Assembly: GCA_965655095.1 (NCBI GenBank)
Contig: OZ296651.1
Location: 24,366,001-24,430,000 of the forward strand
From: Haplodiscus bocki
Lineage: Eukaryota
DNA length: 64,000 nucleotides
Reading direction: 5' to 3'
Of the stretch, positions 49,500 to 63,250 are shown piece after piece. Within the stretch, counting starts at the first letter, position 1; each line of letters starts with the position of its first letter. The notes beneath the pieces are model-generated. The model was not told where the DNA came from. It saw only the letters and a program-made list of their open reading frames with translations, and searched no databases. Made by a program: the position numbers and the translations under genes.

Positions 49500-52400
49500 A
49501 ACAAGAAAAAACTCAAAGAATCTATAGACCTTGTGCTGAACAAAACTTTTTCCGGCACAGTAACAACCAGCACATTCTCCCAGTCACGGCTATTGCATAT
49601 GACGCACTGTACAAAGCTAGGATGGAACTTTTGTTATTCTAATCGTTCTCAGTTCTATATTAGTGCGCAGATGGCAAAAAAATTATTGATCCATCTACTG
49701 TTAATTAACATCGGAGCACGCACTTTTGCGTACAACCGACATGCTAAAATTTAAAACAGGTTTTTTTCTGCTCTGAATAGTTTTGTACCAGAACACTTGG
49801 ACTCTGAAGTAAAAGACGACAGTCGCTCGCAGTAAATTGATGACTTCCGCGTACCAACTCACACTGCAGAAGGATTTCTCCATTGCATTGAGTCCGTGTT
49901 TCAGCGTATTGCATTTCACAGTCTCAAACTATTCCTGAGTAAATATAACGTTGGTCAGTAAAAAATTTGATATAAAGGGATAACGATCAAAGAAAGTATA
50001 ACAATTATATGCAACAAATTTTTTTTGCTTTTTAACTAAGGTCAAAACCCCATCTTCAAAGAAATCTTTTCCGACGATATGATGAAAGTGTAAAACGAAA
50101 CGCATGTACTCGCGAGAGCAAAACAAAAGATGTCAACGCAATGCTCATTTTGGTCAGAGAACGTGACGAGGAGTCAAAACAAACGTACGAGTAGTAATTT
50201 AAATTCAACCAGAGATAGATCATTCATCCCAGTCAACACATCTCCTCTGACGTTGTTCATTACATCTTGTTTGTCAAGAAGAATGCACTCCGAAGCAGTG
50301 AACCAGGCTTGCCCACACGGGGACTAAGAATTTTGAGCACAACGGCAGGGAGTTGTCATCTCTCAAGTAGTTATACAGATTGATCGTGGTGGCTACCTAC
50401 CTCTTTCGTACTCTACCTTCGGAAGTCAGAATCGTAAGAAATTTTCAAAAAACTGGACTAGCTTTAAGAGACGAGCAACATCTTTTAAGGACAGTACTTT
50501 GGAATTAATGCAGACACTAATACCAAGCAACAAGAGGTCTGTACCACCGTGATCCTTGACAATATGGGGACACTGCAAGGAAACGCTTTGCAAAGAGAAC
50601 CTCTTGCATCAAAAACGTTGAAAAACATATTATCTGAAAACTACGTCCCTGATTTAAAGTGTAAAGCTCACAAGACGATATTGACAACTGTCAGATGTGC
50701 ATTAGAACCAAACAATCCTGCAACAAGCAAATCCAATTTGCTCTTACGGTGAAAAATTAGGACCCCTGCAATGGACATGCGGACGTTTTAAAGACCAACC
50801 TATTGAGAAAAAAGATTTCTTTGAACGATCACACGCTCATCCAGGCGACAACTTGTCATGTTTTCTCATGGCACCTGTATGCAAAGCTACTTCCACAGTT
50901 TTTCCAACTTTCGATAGAACGAATACTCCTTTAAATTTTCATTCAACACGCTCACTCCACGAGAATGACGCTGACCAGTGAAGATTCCGCAGTTAGTAAT
51001 AACTTGTTTGAAAAACTCGTTTCTGAATATGACGACGCAATGGAATGAACAAAACATAAACGCCCTCAGACGATAGGTGTGGCTGAACGCAAACAAAAAA
51101 GGCTTCTTACATGATATCATCGTCTTGCAGAAACATGTCATGGCGATCAACAGTTCAGCCTAGCACTAATGGCCCATAACAGGATATATCGCAGTCACTG
51201 ACTTGCAAACCAGAAAAATTCCATGAACACGATCCCAGAGCGACAAGATTTTCAATTCGCCAACCCACTACAAGTTACCTGTAACAATTTCAGCATCAAA
51301 TGCTGAAGGCAAAAAGTGAACCAAGTGTACGAAGAAATCACTGCTAGCATCTTCTTTCCAAACAGACAACAGCGACTATGTTGAAAAACCCGCAACTCAA
51401 TGACTCACAGTAGAAATCTTTGTCCATCACTAATTCTGAAAAATTCAGAGTTAGAGGAAACACAAGTGAAAAGGTTCCTCTGGAACAGTCATATAGACAA
51501 GGTCACTTTCTGTTTTCATCGAGCGCACCCAAAACTCATAGCGCACGCATCACATATTTTCGAAAAATGAAACCACACACGAAGGTCCTGGGCAATCAAA
51601 AGGATGAACACTGGTTTTACCACGATACTGACGATTTTAAAGGAGAAGATATGTGTTTTGATTTTGTCCCTGCAAGTGCATCAGGTCGGGAAGCTTCATC
51701 AACTGATGGCTCTGAAAAACAGACTGAAAACTCCTGGAAGTCGTGTTATAGTTCCAGACCGATTAAGCAAAGGAGTCAACGTTATTGACGCCGTTTTTGG
51801 CGGTGCGGAGAATTCCTCCGGTTATGATTGAGTTCTCTACCATCCAACCCAGGAACAACCAGTTTCTGACCCTCTTTGGGGAATGAAATTTCTGTGGCTA
51901 CAGAGCTTTTCTTCCCGCCTATTCAACTTTTCAATTTCCACTGAACTCACATAGTTTAACTATTACACACCCAATAACAGATCTTCACGAAACTGAACCA
52001 CTACATTAGCAACCTGCTCGAGCACACTCATCACGTCACAGTTCAAATGGGAAACATCAACCTGGAATCTATCAAAGCTATCTCACGCTCGAATCTAAAG
52101 AAACAAACATAGCGATGTAAGTACTCAGCAGGAACGCCTAACTAAATTCAGCTTCAGTCCTCCAGGTAAGTGTAGTGCCTCAAACTGTCAGAATGCCTGA
52201 CACCCTTGTTACGCGCGCTTTTCTCTCGTACTTAATCCGCACAAACTAATATTAGCACGCCGGTTTTTTCCCCAGTTTAGACAAAAGGGAATCAACAGCC
52301 TCTTGCCCTTCTCCTAAAAACTAATCTTCACAACGTGTTTCGAGCGCTATTATCAACAGTTCATTCAACAATGAAGAACGGAAATTCACGTTCCTGTCTA

Positions 52401-55400
52401 GGAGTAAAAACATACAAAAATCTTCCAAAATCTTCAAACAAGATGTATTCAGCCTAACGAGACACTTCACAGGAACACGGATTTTTTTCGCCAAAAGAAA
52501 CACAGGCAAACAGACAACCACACTCCAACAATTTCAATCCAATGATACCTTTTGCACAAGCTGGTGCTCAATTGTATCCTTTTGGAAGAAACAAAGGCCC
52601 TTACGGCATCACTTTTTCACAATGTTTACTCCAACACCCATTTGCAAAACACCATCCTTCTCGGTAACAAAACAGCAGCAACACATCTCAGAATCTTCAT
52701 AGTAATAACGTATTCGAAACTGCAAAAATTTTTTCATTTTTTTGACGTCAAGTTCGCATCCTCATTCAAATCATTCCCTATGATCTAATGAAATTAAAAA
52801 ACGAAACTGGCATTTATCGCGAGGAGAAAACAGAAGATGTCAACGCAATGCTGATTTTGGTCAGAGAGCGTGATGAGGTGTCAAAACAAACGTACGAGTA
52901 GCAAATTATGTTCAACCACAGCTAGATCTCTCATCCCAATCAACACAACTCCTCTGACGTTTTTTATTACATCTTGTTTGTCAAGAAGAGTGCACTTCGA
53001 AACAATGAACCAGGGTTGCCCACACAGGGACTAAAAAATTTAAGCACAACGGCAAGGAATGTCATCTCTGAAGTAGTCATACAGATTGATGGTGGTGAAT
53101 ACCTGCCACCGTCGTACTCTACCTTCGGGTGCCATTTTCGTAAGAAATTTACAAAAACTGGACTGGCTAAATGAGACGAGCAACATCCTCTACAGACAAA
53201 ACTTTGAAATTGCTGCAGAAACTAATAGCAAGCAGCAAGAGGTCTCTGACACCGTGATAAATGACATTATCGGGACACTGCATGAGATTGTTTTGCAAAG
53301 ACAACCTCTCGCATCAAAAACGTTGAAAAACATAATATCTAAAAACTACGTCCCTGACTCAAAGTATAAATCTCATGAGACGATATTGACAACTGTCAGA
53401 TGTGCATGAGAACCAAACAATGCTGCAACAAGCAAATCCAATTTGCTTTTACAAAGAAGAAGCAGGACCCCTGCAATGGACATGCGGACGCTATAAAGAT
53501 CAACCTACTGAGGAAAAAGACTTTTTTGAACGGTCACAAGCACATTCAGACGACAACTTGTCATGTTTTCTCATGGCACCTCTATGCAAGACAGCTTCCA
53601 CAGTTTTTCCAAACCACGAAAGAACGAACACTCCTGAAAGTTTTTATTCAACACGCTCACTTCACGAGACTGACGCTGACCAGTGAACTTTCCGCGGTTA
53701 GTATTAAGTTGTTAAAAAAACTCGTTTTTGAGTTTGACGTCGAGAAGGAACGCACAAAACATAAACGCTCTCAGACGATAGGTGTGGGTGAACGCAAACA
53801 ATAAAGGTTTTTAACATGATATCAGCGTCGTGCAGAAAAATGTCATGGCGATCAACAATTCAGCCTGGCACTAATGGCTATTAACAAGATATATCGCAGT
53901 CACTGACTTGCAAACCAGAAAAAGTCCACAGACACGATCCCCAGAGCGATAAAAGTTTCAATTCGCCAACCCATTACAAGTTGCCTGTAACAATTTCAGC
54001 AACAAATGCTCAGGGCAAAAAGTAAACCAAATGAACGAAGGAATCACTGCTAGCATCTTCTTTCCAAACAGACAACAGCTTCTATGTTGAAAAACCCGCA
54101 ACTCAAGGATTCAAAGTAGAAAACTTTGTCCCTCCCCAATTCTGAAAAACTCACTGTCAGAAGAAACACAAGTGGAAAAGTTAATTTGAAACAGTCATAT
54201 AGACAAGGTCATTTTCTGTTTACATCATCCGCACTCAAAACTCAAGGTGCTCACAGTACATATTTTCAATAATTGAAACCACACACGAAGGTCCTCGACA
54301 ATCAAAAGGATTAACACGGGTTTTACCAGGATCCTGACGATATTGAAGGACAAGATATCTTTTTCGAATTTGTCCCCGCTATTGCATCACGTCGGGATTC
54401 CTTCATCAAAAGATGACTCCAAACAAGAGATTGAAAGCTCCTGTAAGTCGTGTTATAGTTCCAAAATGATGAAGCAAAGGCGTCCATCTCCTTGACGCCG
54501 TTTTTGGCGGTAAGAGTGAGGATAATTCTTCAGGTTACGATCGAAAACCTATATTTTCCAATTGTGGATTCACTAGTTTATGAGCGTCAGTGAGGAATGA
54601 ACTATCTGTGGCTACAAAGAATTTTTTCCACCTATTCATTTCTCCAATTCCCAATGACTTGACTTCGTTTAATTTTGACACAACTAATAACAAATCTTCA
54701 CAGATATCTGGTATCTCAAAGAACAGTCTTAGCGATGTAAGTACTCAGTGGGAACGCCTAACTAAATTTCACTTCAATACTCCAAATTGGTGTAATGCCT
54801 GAAACTGTCAGAATGCCTGACACATTTTTTATGCGCGGTTAATCCGCACAAAGTAAAATTAGCGTTCCAAGTTCTTCAAACAATAAAAATTCAGGCTAAC
54901 AAAAAATTTCACAAGAAAACGGTTTTTATTCTACAAAAGGAACAAAAGCAAAGAGACAACCACACTCCAACAAACTCATTCCAATGGTAACTTTTCAACA
55001 AGTTGGTGCTTATTTGTGTCCTTTTGAAAAAACTAGAAGCCCTTAGGGCATGGATTTTTCACACTGCTACTTCAACACCCATTCGGAGAACACCACTTTT
55101 TTCGGTGACAAAACACCAGCAACACATCTCAGTAGTTTCAAAGTATGAACGTAGTCGAAACTGCAAATGTTTTTTCCTTCTTTTTAACTTCACGTTTGCG
55201 TCCTCAGTGAAATCTTTTCTGATGATAAAATGAAATTGTAGAACGAAACGGGCATGTACTCACAAGAACAAAACAGAAGATGTCAACGCAATGATGATTT
55301 TGGTCAGAGAGCGTGATGAGGAGTCAAAACAAACTTACGAGTAGTAAATTAAACTCAACCAGAGCTAGATCATCCATCTCAGTCAACACAACTCCTCTGA

Positions 55401-55660
55401 CGTTGTTCATCACATCTTGTTCGTCAAGAAGAGTGCACTCCGAAGCAGTGAACAAGGTTTGCCCACGTGGGGACTATACACCTTAAACACAACGGCAAGG
55501 AGTTTTCATCTGTCAAGTAGTTATACTGATTGATCGTGGTGGATACTGTTGTTTTTTCACACTGTGTACTCCAACACCCATTTGCAGAACACCAACATTT
55601 TTGACGACAAAACGCCACCAAAACATCTCAGCAGCCTAATTAAAAAACGTAGTCAAAACT
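49500..55660 (+). repeat. Tandem array of ~2.4-2.7 kb units (two complete plus partial copies), probably internally deleted pPolB-region derivatives of a second Polinton lineage
   Basis: AGATGTCAACGCAATG.T.ATTTTGGTCAGAGA.CGTGA.GAGG.GTCAAAACAAAC at ~50128, ~52835 and ~55278. Units translate to DDNLSCF, KTHSARITYFRKM, GFTTIL, KNFFH and DNHTP, resembling group-2 pPolB N- and C-terminal blocks. The repeat itself is certain; its origin is inferred. Confidence 0.7.
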
Positions 55661-57399
55661 GCAGAAACTGTCTGGCGGTAGACTCGGCAACAATTTAGCC
55701 CACAAGAGGGGGGAAACAGACTCACTTTTTAGACTTTCAACCTGTCCGTAGTTCGTATGGAATCTCCCCTATAACCACTCAATTACATAGCTCAGACAAT
55801 TTTGCGAAAACGTTAGTATAACCTTCTAGAGAACTAACGCTTCCCGATATAGACCTATCCCGAATTTCATAAAACGAGTCCTTGACACTCCAAAATTATA
55901 TCATTTGTGACTAATACATTGCTTCAAATTGGCAAGACAATATTTCGATGGTCAATAAGGTAACCTTGCTCTTCCCAAATCAGCGAATGTCTGAGCCTTT
56001 CCTCAAAAAAACTTTCCCCTGCAGATAATTTTATAACATATCCACCAACTTGTTTCCTTTTTTCTTTTTTCAGCAGGCATCAGTATCTGTACTGAATCCT
56101 GGTCAACTTGAAAGTAAAAAAACGCCAGCAAAACCAGTTGTTAGTCCCTTATCTCCTTTTTCTCTGTTCTATAATTATTTCAATCTTTTTGCTATTCGTT
56201 GTACCTCCAAACTGTAAACAATTGAGTTTTTTCCCTTCTTTCAACCATTTTCGTATCTGCAAGTTTTTTTCTGGGGCAACAAACCATCAGTAACATCATG
56301 TTTTTTGGTAATCAGCAGCCACAACTTATGCTAATTGATTTTTTGGCAGTTTTTTCATTGTTTTTTTTGCACCCCATCTACCTCAAAGTCATCAGTGGAA
56401 GCAAATACTTCGTTCTTTTCCGAAAAATTTTTCACAGTGTACCTGAATTTTGAAAAAGGTTGAGAAGATGAATTTTCGATAATAGAAGCAACTACACTCA
56501 CTTGCTTCCTATGTTTGGAATGTGTACATTGATTCCGAATTTTGCAGTGTTGGTCACTAAATGCGAATAAAACTTTTGAAAGCATGTTTGGGTCTGAGGC
56601 AGGTGAGAAAAACACCATTTATGTTTATCCAATATCACTCACAAAAAAATAAAAGATTTACAGACTACTAACTTTTTTCAGGTATTCTTCAAAGAAAACT
56701 TGAAATTGGCCTAATTAAAAAAAGCATGGGATAAATCATCTTCAATGTTATCAAATTCTGGTAGCAAATGTCATCCAATGGCATACTTTGGTCCAAAGAC
56801 ATTTTTTTTGATGCCCAATCAGAAACATCCACAGGTAAAGATGTACTTCTTTTACACAAAATCAAAATTGTCTTTTGGTTTTTCCAATGAAAATATTCAG
56901 TGTTTGTGCTTAAAATCTGCCAATTTTGAAAACTTCTTTCCATGTACCTCAAACAACAAAATTGTTGTAGTTTTTTTGAACAAAAACGTTCCATACCCGC
57001 TTTTAAGAACTTGATAAAATAAATCTGTGGTCAAACACAACGACAAAACTGGAGCTTAGATTTGGATTTTCTAAGTACGATTGATTATGAATTCGACAAA
57101 AAGTGGTGCGGATTGTTTGTATTTGTGTTTAGAAATTAAGGGAAAAGGGATAAAAGATATATTCAAAAAAGAAAAACTGTCAAACGATAAAAGATTCATT
57201 TGATAACCTTTGCTTTTCTCCAAAAAGGAAACCAAAGCTGACCGAAACAGCCAATGTACAAAAATTTGTGATGAGCTTGTCAGTTTTTCAGAATATTATA
57301 GATTTTTTAAAATTAAAAGTCGTATACCCAAAGCCGTCGACCTAGTTGGAAGTTATAACAAACTTCTTCGGATTTTATTCAGTGAGCCAGTTTGTAAAG

Positions 57400-60300
57400 G
57401 AGAAATTGCCATGTGTGTTGTTGAACGATCAATGTTGGAAAACTGGAGATGATGATAGTTTTCAAAACTCAGGAAAATGGGAGCTCATTAAGTGGTCCAT
57501 TATTTTTAATGAAATTGAACTGTACAAGAGGAATGAAAACAAACGTTCACTTAGCAGAAATTGAAAAATGAGATTGAGTATGGTCAAATATTAAAGGTAA
57601 TGTTTTGTCTAAGCGAAAATTTTCCAAATGGTATTGTGAAATTTAAACAAATACACATGTTCTAGACGATATACTTCCATCATGCCTTTTAGCAAAAATC
57701 ACTGTTGGAGAAAGTGAAGCGTTCGAAACTGATAAAGCTAATTTATTTTCAATATAGGAAACTTATCTAAAACGCGACTATGTTTGGAGTTTTCCAAGTT
57801 TTCTAATGAAAAAATTGACAATTTGCAGAAAAACTAGAAATTAAACGACCTAAAACAACGCTAGATTGTTTTATTGTTTACAGTGTTTGGGTTAGGGAAT
57901 TGAAAAAACAAGTTTCCACAACTTTCATATTTTTCTAGGCAAAACTTCAAAACTGGTACAAAAGAATTTAGGGCAAAGCCTAATTTTTTTTGGAAAAAGT
58001 TCAAAAGTGGATTTTTTAAGAAATTCTTCGTAAAAAAACTTTGTGATGATTGTTATCTTCATATCAAAAAAAGTATTTGAATTTTTTCTGATAATTCAAA
58101 CTTTCATAGTGAAAATCATGCAGGGAAGAAAAGTCAAATTTATCGTTTCAGCGATATTCGTAAAACTTTTTGAAAAAACAAATATACCTTAGAAACACCA
58201 TCTCACAAAACTCCCTAAACTAAACTATTTCCCGATAAAAAACGTCAAAAATCGAATGAACAAAACCCCAAGCAGTTTCTAAAGAAAGGGATGATTGTAT
58301 CGGAAAGGATACAAAAGTTGACGTTTCTTCTACGGTTGCAACGAAAATGGCAATTCTTACAAAACCTAGCAGAACTTCTCGTAAGGATTTTTGAAATAAA
58401 ATTGGAGAAAATAGTTTTTCTTCTTGATATTGTCAAGATAACTTCAATAATTTAAAGCCACTCCATCGTTAAACTTCATGTGAACACCTTTCCTTTATGT
58501 ACTATTCAATAAAGAATCTGAGATTTTCTTCTAAATTCACTATAAATGGTGAAGCTCATCCTTTGACTGGAAGATTTTCCAAAAACAATTTTTCATCGGC
58601 ATGAGTCGGCAACGAATCAACTATTCGAAAAGTAAAAATCTCCGATTAACGTTCGTACTTTAGTGGAAGAGTTACGGTATTTTTTGAAGATTTTTTGCAG
58701 TGAACTCCCTAAAAAAAGAGAAGCCAAAATGACGATCGGAATGAAGGAGAAGATGAAAACTTTGATATCGAACAAGAATGGTTGAAAATAAAAAAACTAA
58801 TCGATAAAAGGTTATTTAAAAGAGAAATTGATGAACTTTTTTGTTTCCCTAAGAAAAGATTGGTAATGTTCTGAAGTTCCAACGGAAGTAGAAAACTATC
58901 TAAAAATCCAAAGATCGTTCTATTTTTGTGTCGAAAATATTTATAGCCTTTCAATTATAAATAAAAAAAGTCAGTATGATTGTCTCAAAAACAAAATTTA
59001 GCAGGACGATGAAAAAGATAAGGTGAGAAGTAATATGATTTTTAGTCTTTATGAAACCGAACGTTACGCCCAAATATCATTAATTCTGTATATCAATGTT
59101 GTAAGTATGCAATCAAAATATACTTGAAGAAAGTTACTCAGGGACTTAAAATTGAAGATAAACTTGCGTATGTTTCCTACTCAACATGGTAGTGATAGTG
59201 AGGAAACAGGATGTTTTTTAGCGTTTGTTTTTCATCCCAAGAAAAATTTACAACATGAAAAAAAATTGTACATCTTGACAACGCTAGACCAAGTTGAGCT
59301 TATGGCGTAAACCTATCTAAAAGTAAATTTTTGATTTATTTTCAGTCCAGAAAACAAGTGTTTTTGTTAACTCACAAAAAAGGTAAGAAATGCCAAAAAG
59401 CCTTTGAAAATAAAAAAAGAGAAAACCAATTACTTCCCGAACAAATTTGCTATTCTCCAGAAAGAACGAGTGAACTATGTGACAACACTACTGGGACATT
59501 TTCAGGCAAAGCTTATAAGATCAGTTAGACGTAAAATGGAAAAGAAGAAAAACTCGGTGCGTAGAATGGAAAAAAAACTTTTGAGGTAGCTGAAAACGGA
59601 TTTCAAGATCAAACAGATGTCTTAAAGATACCAAAAATCTGACATGTGAAAAGTTAGAAAAGAAAAGAAAAGAAAAGAAGTTTTTTGCTATAATCCCCAA
59701 ATCAGCATGAAAAGCTAAGAAAAAGTGGTAAACCACAATAAGTCTTTAATAAAGTCTCAATCAAAAGAAGAAACTTTGGAGAAGCCGTTAGTGGACCTCC
59801 TAGTTGTCTCAGTACGACGTTTTTTCATAAAGATGCATATATAATTTCTGAGGTACTTTTGTTAAAAAATGCCGCAGTTCACCAGGAATTAATGTTGAAT
59901 TCAATTTTCTAAACGAGCAAAAGAAAAATTATACTCAGTTCAAAAAATTTCATGAAATTCTCTCAAATTTTGAAACGCCAAATTGAACTCTGTGAGTGTT
60001 GAAACTGTATGAGTGCATTCATTTCCCTAAAATTTTCATTAAATCGTGGAAGACAATGCCTGGAAACTGAACTTTGTTTACGGAAAGTTGAGGAGGAGGG
60101 TTTTTTAAAGTACAAAGAAGTATATCAAAAAAAATTCTCGCAGTTGGAGCTTATTCTGAATCAGAGTGTAGATAAGATCAGGAAACAGAACAAAGTGAGA
60201 ACACTGGAGTGGCGCCTATCATCAACTGCCTATGTCTTCTAACTCTTTTACAAAATCAATTTAACCGAATTTCTTTCATGTGATTGTCATATCATCTTAG

Positions 60301-62050
60301 ATTCGGGGAAAATGTTAGAGATTGGTTCTTTGATAAAAATGCAAAATCATGACGGTCGACCGTATGATTTTTTTTGATATATTTGTTAAAGACAAGGTCG
60401 TCTCAGAGAAACCAAGATTAAAACTGAAGCTGGTTCTGTGTTTGAAGATTCGTATTTATTGGAAAAGCCTAAAAAATTAAATGAGCAGCCTTAAGAGAAT
60501 GCAATTTACTTGTTAAGAAAGATCCATCATCTTTTGCGCTAATGAAAATTACTTCTTTCAGTGAATATGATATGCGTTTAATCATTGACTGTTTGAAGTG
60601 GCAAGACTTAGTTGAGTGAAATATAATGTAATTGCCGTCAAGGACGAACGCCTTTTTCCTGTAATGTATCGACATTACAATTTACACAGGTTCAGAAAGT
60701 TTTTCAAAAATTTATCAAAAAGCTTCAAATTGAAAGAAAAGATTCCCTGAACTTTCAGTGATTTCTGTCTTGAAGGTTTTTGTGCATACTTAGGGACAAT
60801 TTGAAAAATGCAGGATTAGGGCAAAACACTTAATGAAATCAAAACCACAAAACAAAACTCAAAATTTTCAGGTTAAAGATCTCCACCATCCGTTAAAAGA
60901 ATTAACAAAAAAGATTTTTAAAAGTAAACCCCAGAACTGGATGAGAGTTAACTGAATATAAAACTAAGTCTTAACTTCAAATATTAGATGATCCTTCTGA
61001 AGAAAAATTTCGGCATTTACTACAGAAAGGTACCTCATTCCGTTGTTTTTTTTGCATCTTTACCCGGCGCGATATGCTGCGTTGAAGAAAAAACAAAAAT
61101 GGTTTCAACAGAAAAATAAAATCAAAAAATCTTCAGTGTTTTTGAGAAAGCTATCAAAGTTGGGATATCAATGGGATCCTGCTAAGTAGTTACTGGCAGA
61201 TTAAAAGCTAAAAGAAACAAGTGCAATTTTTTTGGTGTTGGTAATTGTCACCTTTTACCACATTCCGATTTTGAATAACTCAAAAGCTTTTTTCAAGAAT
61301 AAGAGCAACACCAAAAAGGAGTTGAAAGTGGGTGCGGCTTGCAGGGCGGTTTACACTTGCAGAGAAAACAAAAGATAAATCCTTCAATTCCCATTTGCTT
61401 CGCAAATAGACAGTTTCCTGATTTACTGCTGAAAACATGAGAGAGTCAAATTCGAGGAACTGCTATCCAGATAAAACATGAAAAAGATCATAGAACTGAA
61501 GCAAGACTTTTTCAAACTTAGAGACATTCCAAATAGTTAATTTTCCAAGGATTGGAACTAGCAGAAGTACTTACAGTAAAAAGTTCCAAACAAAAACCCT
61601 GCATGAAACCGTTCAAAAAAGGAAAGACAATGAAATGAGACGAAAAAGTAAGTCAAATCTTACAAAATTACTCAAAACACTGAAAACTGAATTTTGCGGA
61701 AAATCAATGGAAAGTGCACTTAACGAAAAGTAACAAAAAAACGGATAAAAGAGGGGGAAAATCAATGCCAAAGAAATCTGTTTCGCAAAAGTTACACCTT
61801 CATCGTGATTTTCAAAGTCTTGTGAAAGTAAGACAAAATTAGTTAAACCAAAAGTTTATGAAATTGTGTGTTAGAAATTCCAAATTGACAATTGCAATAA
61901 AACCAAAAAAATAATTCCCAACAATCCCTTGTTGCGAACAATTGGAATTTACATTTTTCATATGTTATTCTCTCATTTGATGTTTTAGGAATTTAGGTCT
62001 AATTGAGGTCAGAACGTTTTTAGAAGGCGTCGAATAAAAGACACTTCCTG
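57400..62050 (+). mobile_element. Probable Helitron/Helentron Rep remnant, extremely decayed
   Basis: Weak motifs in the right order: MFPTQHG (~59170), RRFFHKDAYI (~59816), KTMPG..SQL (~60050-60150), a V.DWF..MQ..GRP HUH-like block (~60310-60365), FTTERYLI (~61016) and SHLMF.EFRS (~61970). No helicase was seen. Confidence 0.4.
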
Positions 62051-62399
62051 GTGCTTATAGCACGCTTTTTTTCATGTCTGTAGCATTTGTAAATCTCAAC
62101 AATTTTGCAGCAAAAAACAAATACAATAATGAAAACTTCAATTCAGAAAACAACTCAAAATATTTGGGTTGATGGAGTGTGCGCACTAAGGGCAACTTTC
62201 CATTCACCTATACATTAATGTATATGAAAACAATGTAAAAGTTGAAAAAAAAACAGAAAAACTTTCCGATGATGATAATGTATTTGAAGAGTATTATGTT
62301 TCTCTGGTGGAAAAAAGAGACTTAAAAGAAGACATAGACAACTTTTTTGCTTGAGAGGAAAATGGTGAAATGGAACTACGAAAAAGCGAAAAGAGAAGC

Positions 62400-63250
62400 A
62401 ATTAGCCCTTCGGAAAAAAGACGAAACTCTGATTTTCGTTGACTCATTTTTTGGTCATTTTCGAATTGTTTCCCCATACTAATGAAGCTTCAACTAAAAA
62501 CAGCAACGTTTAACAGTTATTCATCGAATCAAAAGTGCTTTCCAATGACAAAAAAGTGTTTATCTATGACGATTTATTCAATTTTTTTTTCTGATACGAA
62601 GTATGTTCTTCCATCAATACGAAATCATACTGTTTTACGCTGAACACTGATGCTCTTCCAGCGAAAATGTTTGGAAAAACTCGATTGGCTTAAAAAATTG
62701 TTCCCCTAGGTTTGAATCAGGAAAATTTTATTTAGGTAGCAATATCAAAAACATCTAGCGCACAAACAAAGGTTTTTTGTTCAGTCGATGCTGTAATTTC
62801 TTTGACAGTTACCAAAAGTTAGGGATCTTTGACTTTAGTTGATGCGCGAAAACACGATGCTGTTTCAACGTACTCTTGTGCGTATTGACTTTGATCAGAG
62901 TGTAGTGCCAAACCCGAATCTCAATAAATGTCTGTACCAATTACACTCTGAGCAAAACTAAATTTAAGTCTCGTGATTGTATCCTTGATGAGATTTTGAT
63001 TTTTTTACTCGAGTTTTTTTGAAATCCTACTACATCATACTCACGTCTCAAACTTCATTTTCCGCTCCTATGCTGAAAGTGTTTTTGTTATGTTGATTTA
63101 CAAGCTGTACAAAAAGAGGTCTCGGAGTTTTTGTCAGTTTGATTGGAGATTTGAAATTTTTATGGTAAATTTGTATTGTTTAATTAGCAACGTTTGCATT
63201 GTGTTGTAGTACATGTCAGTTTTTAAATTTTTCAGCCATATTGTCACCTG
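62400..63250 (-). mobile_element. Possible LINE ORF1 remnant
   Basis: FVCARC (~62755-62770), FRIDG (~62610-62625) and MGK (~62475) on the minus strand, in ORF1 order. Confidence 0.3.

Noticed and set aside
51800-51830. NSSGYD as the pPolB ExoII motif
   Set aside because: It falls among C-terminal-like motifs, out of order, so it may be coincidental and was not used as evidence.
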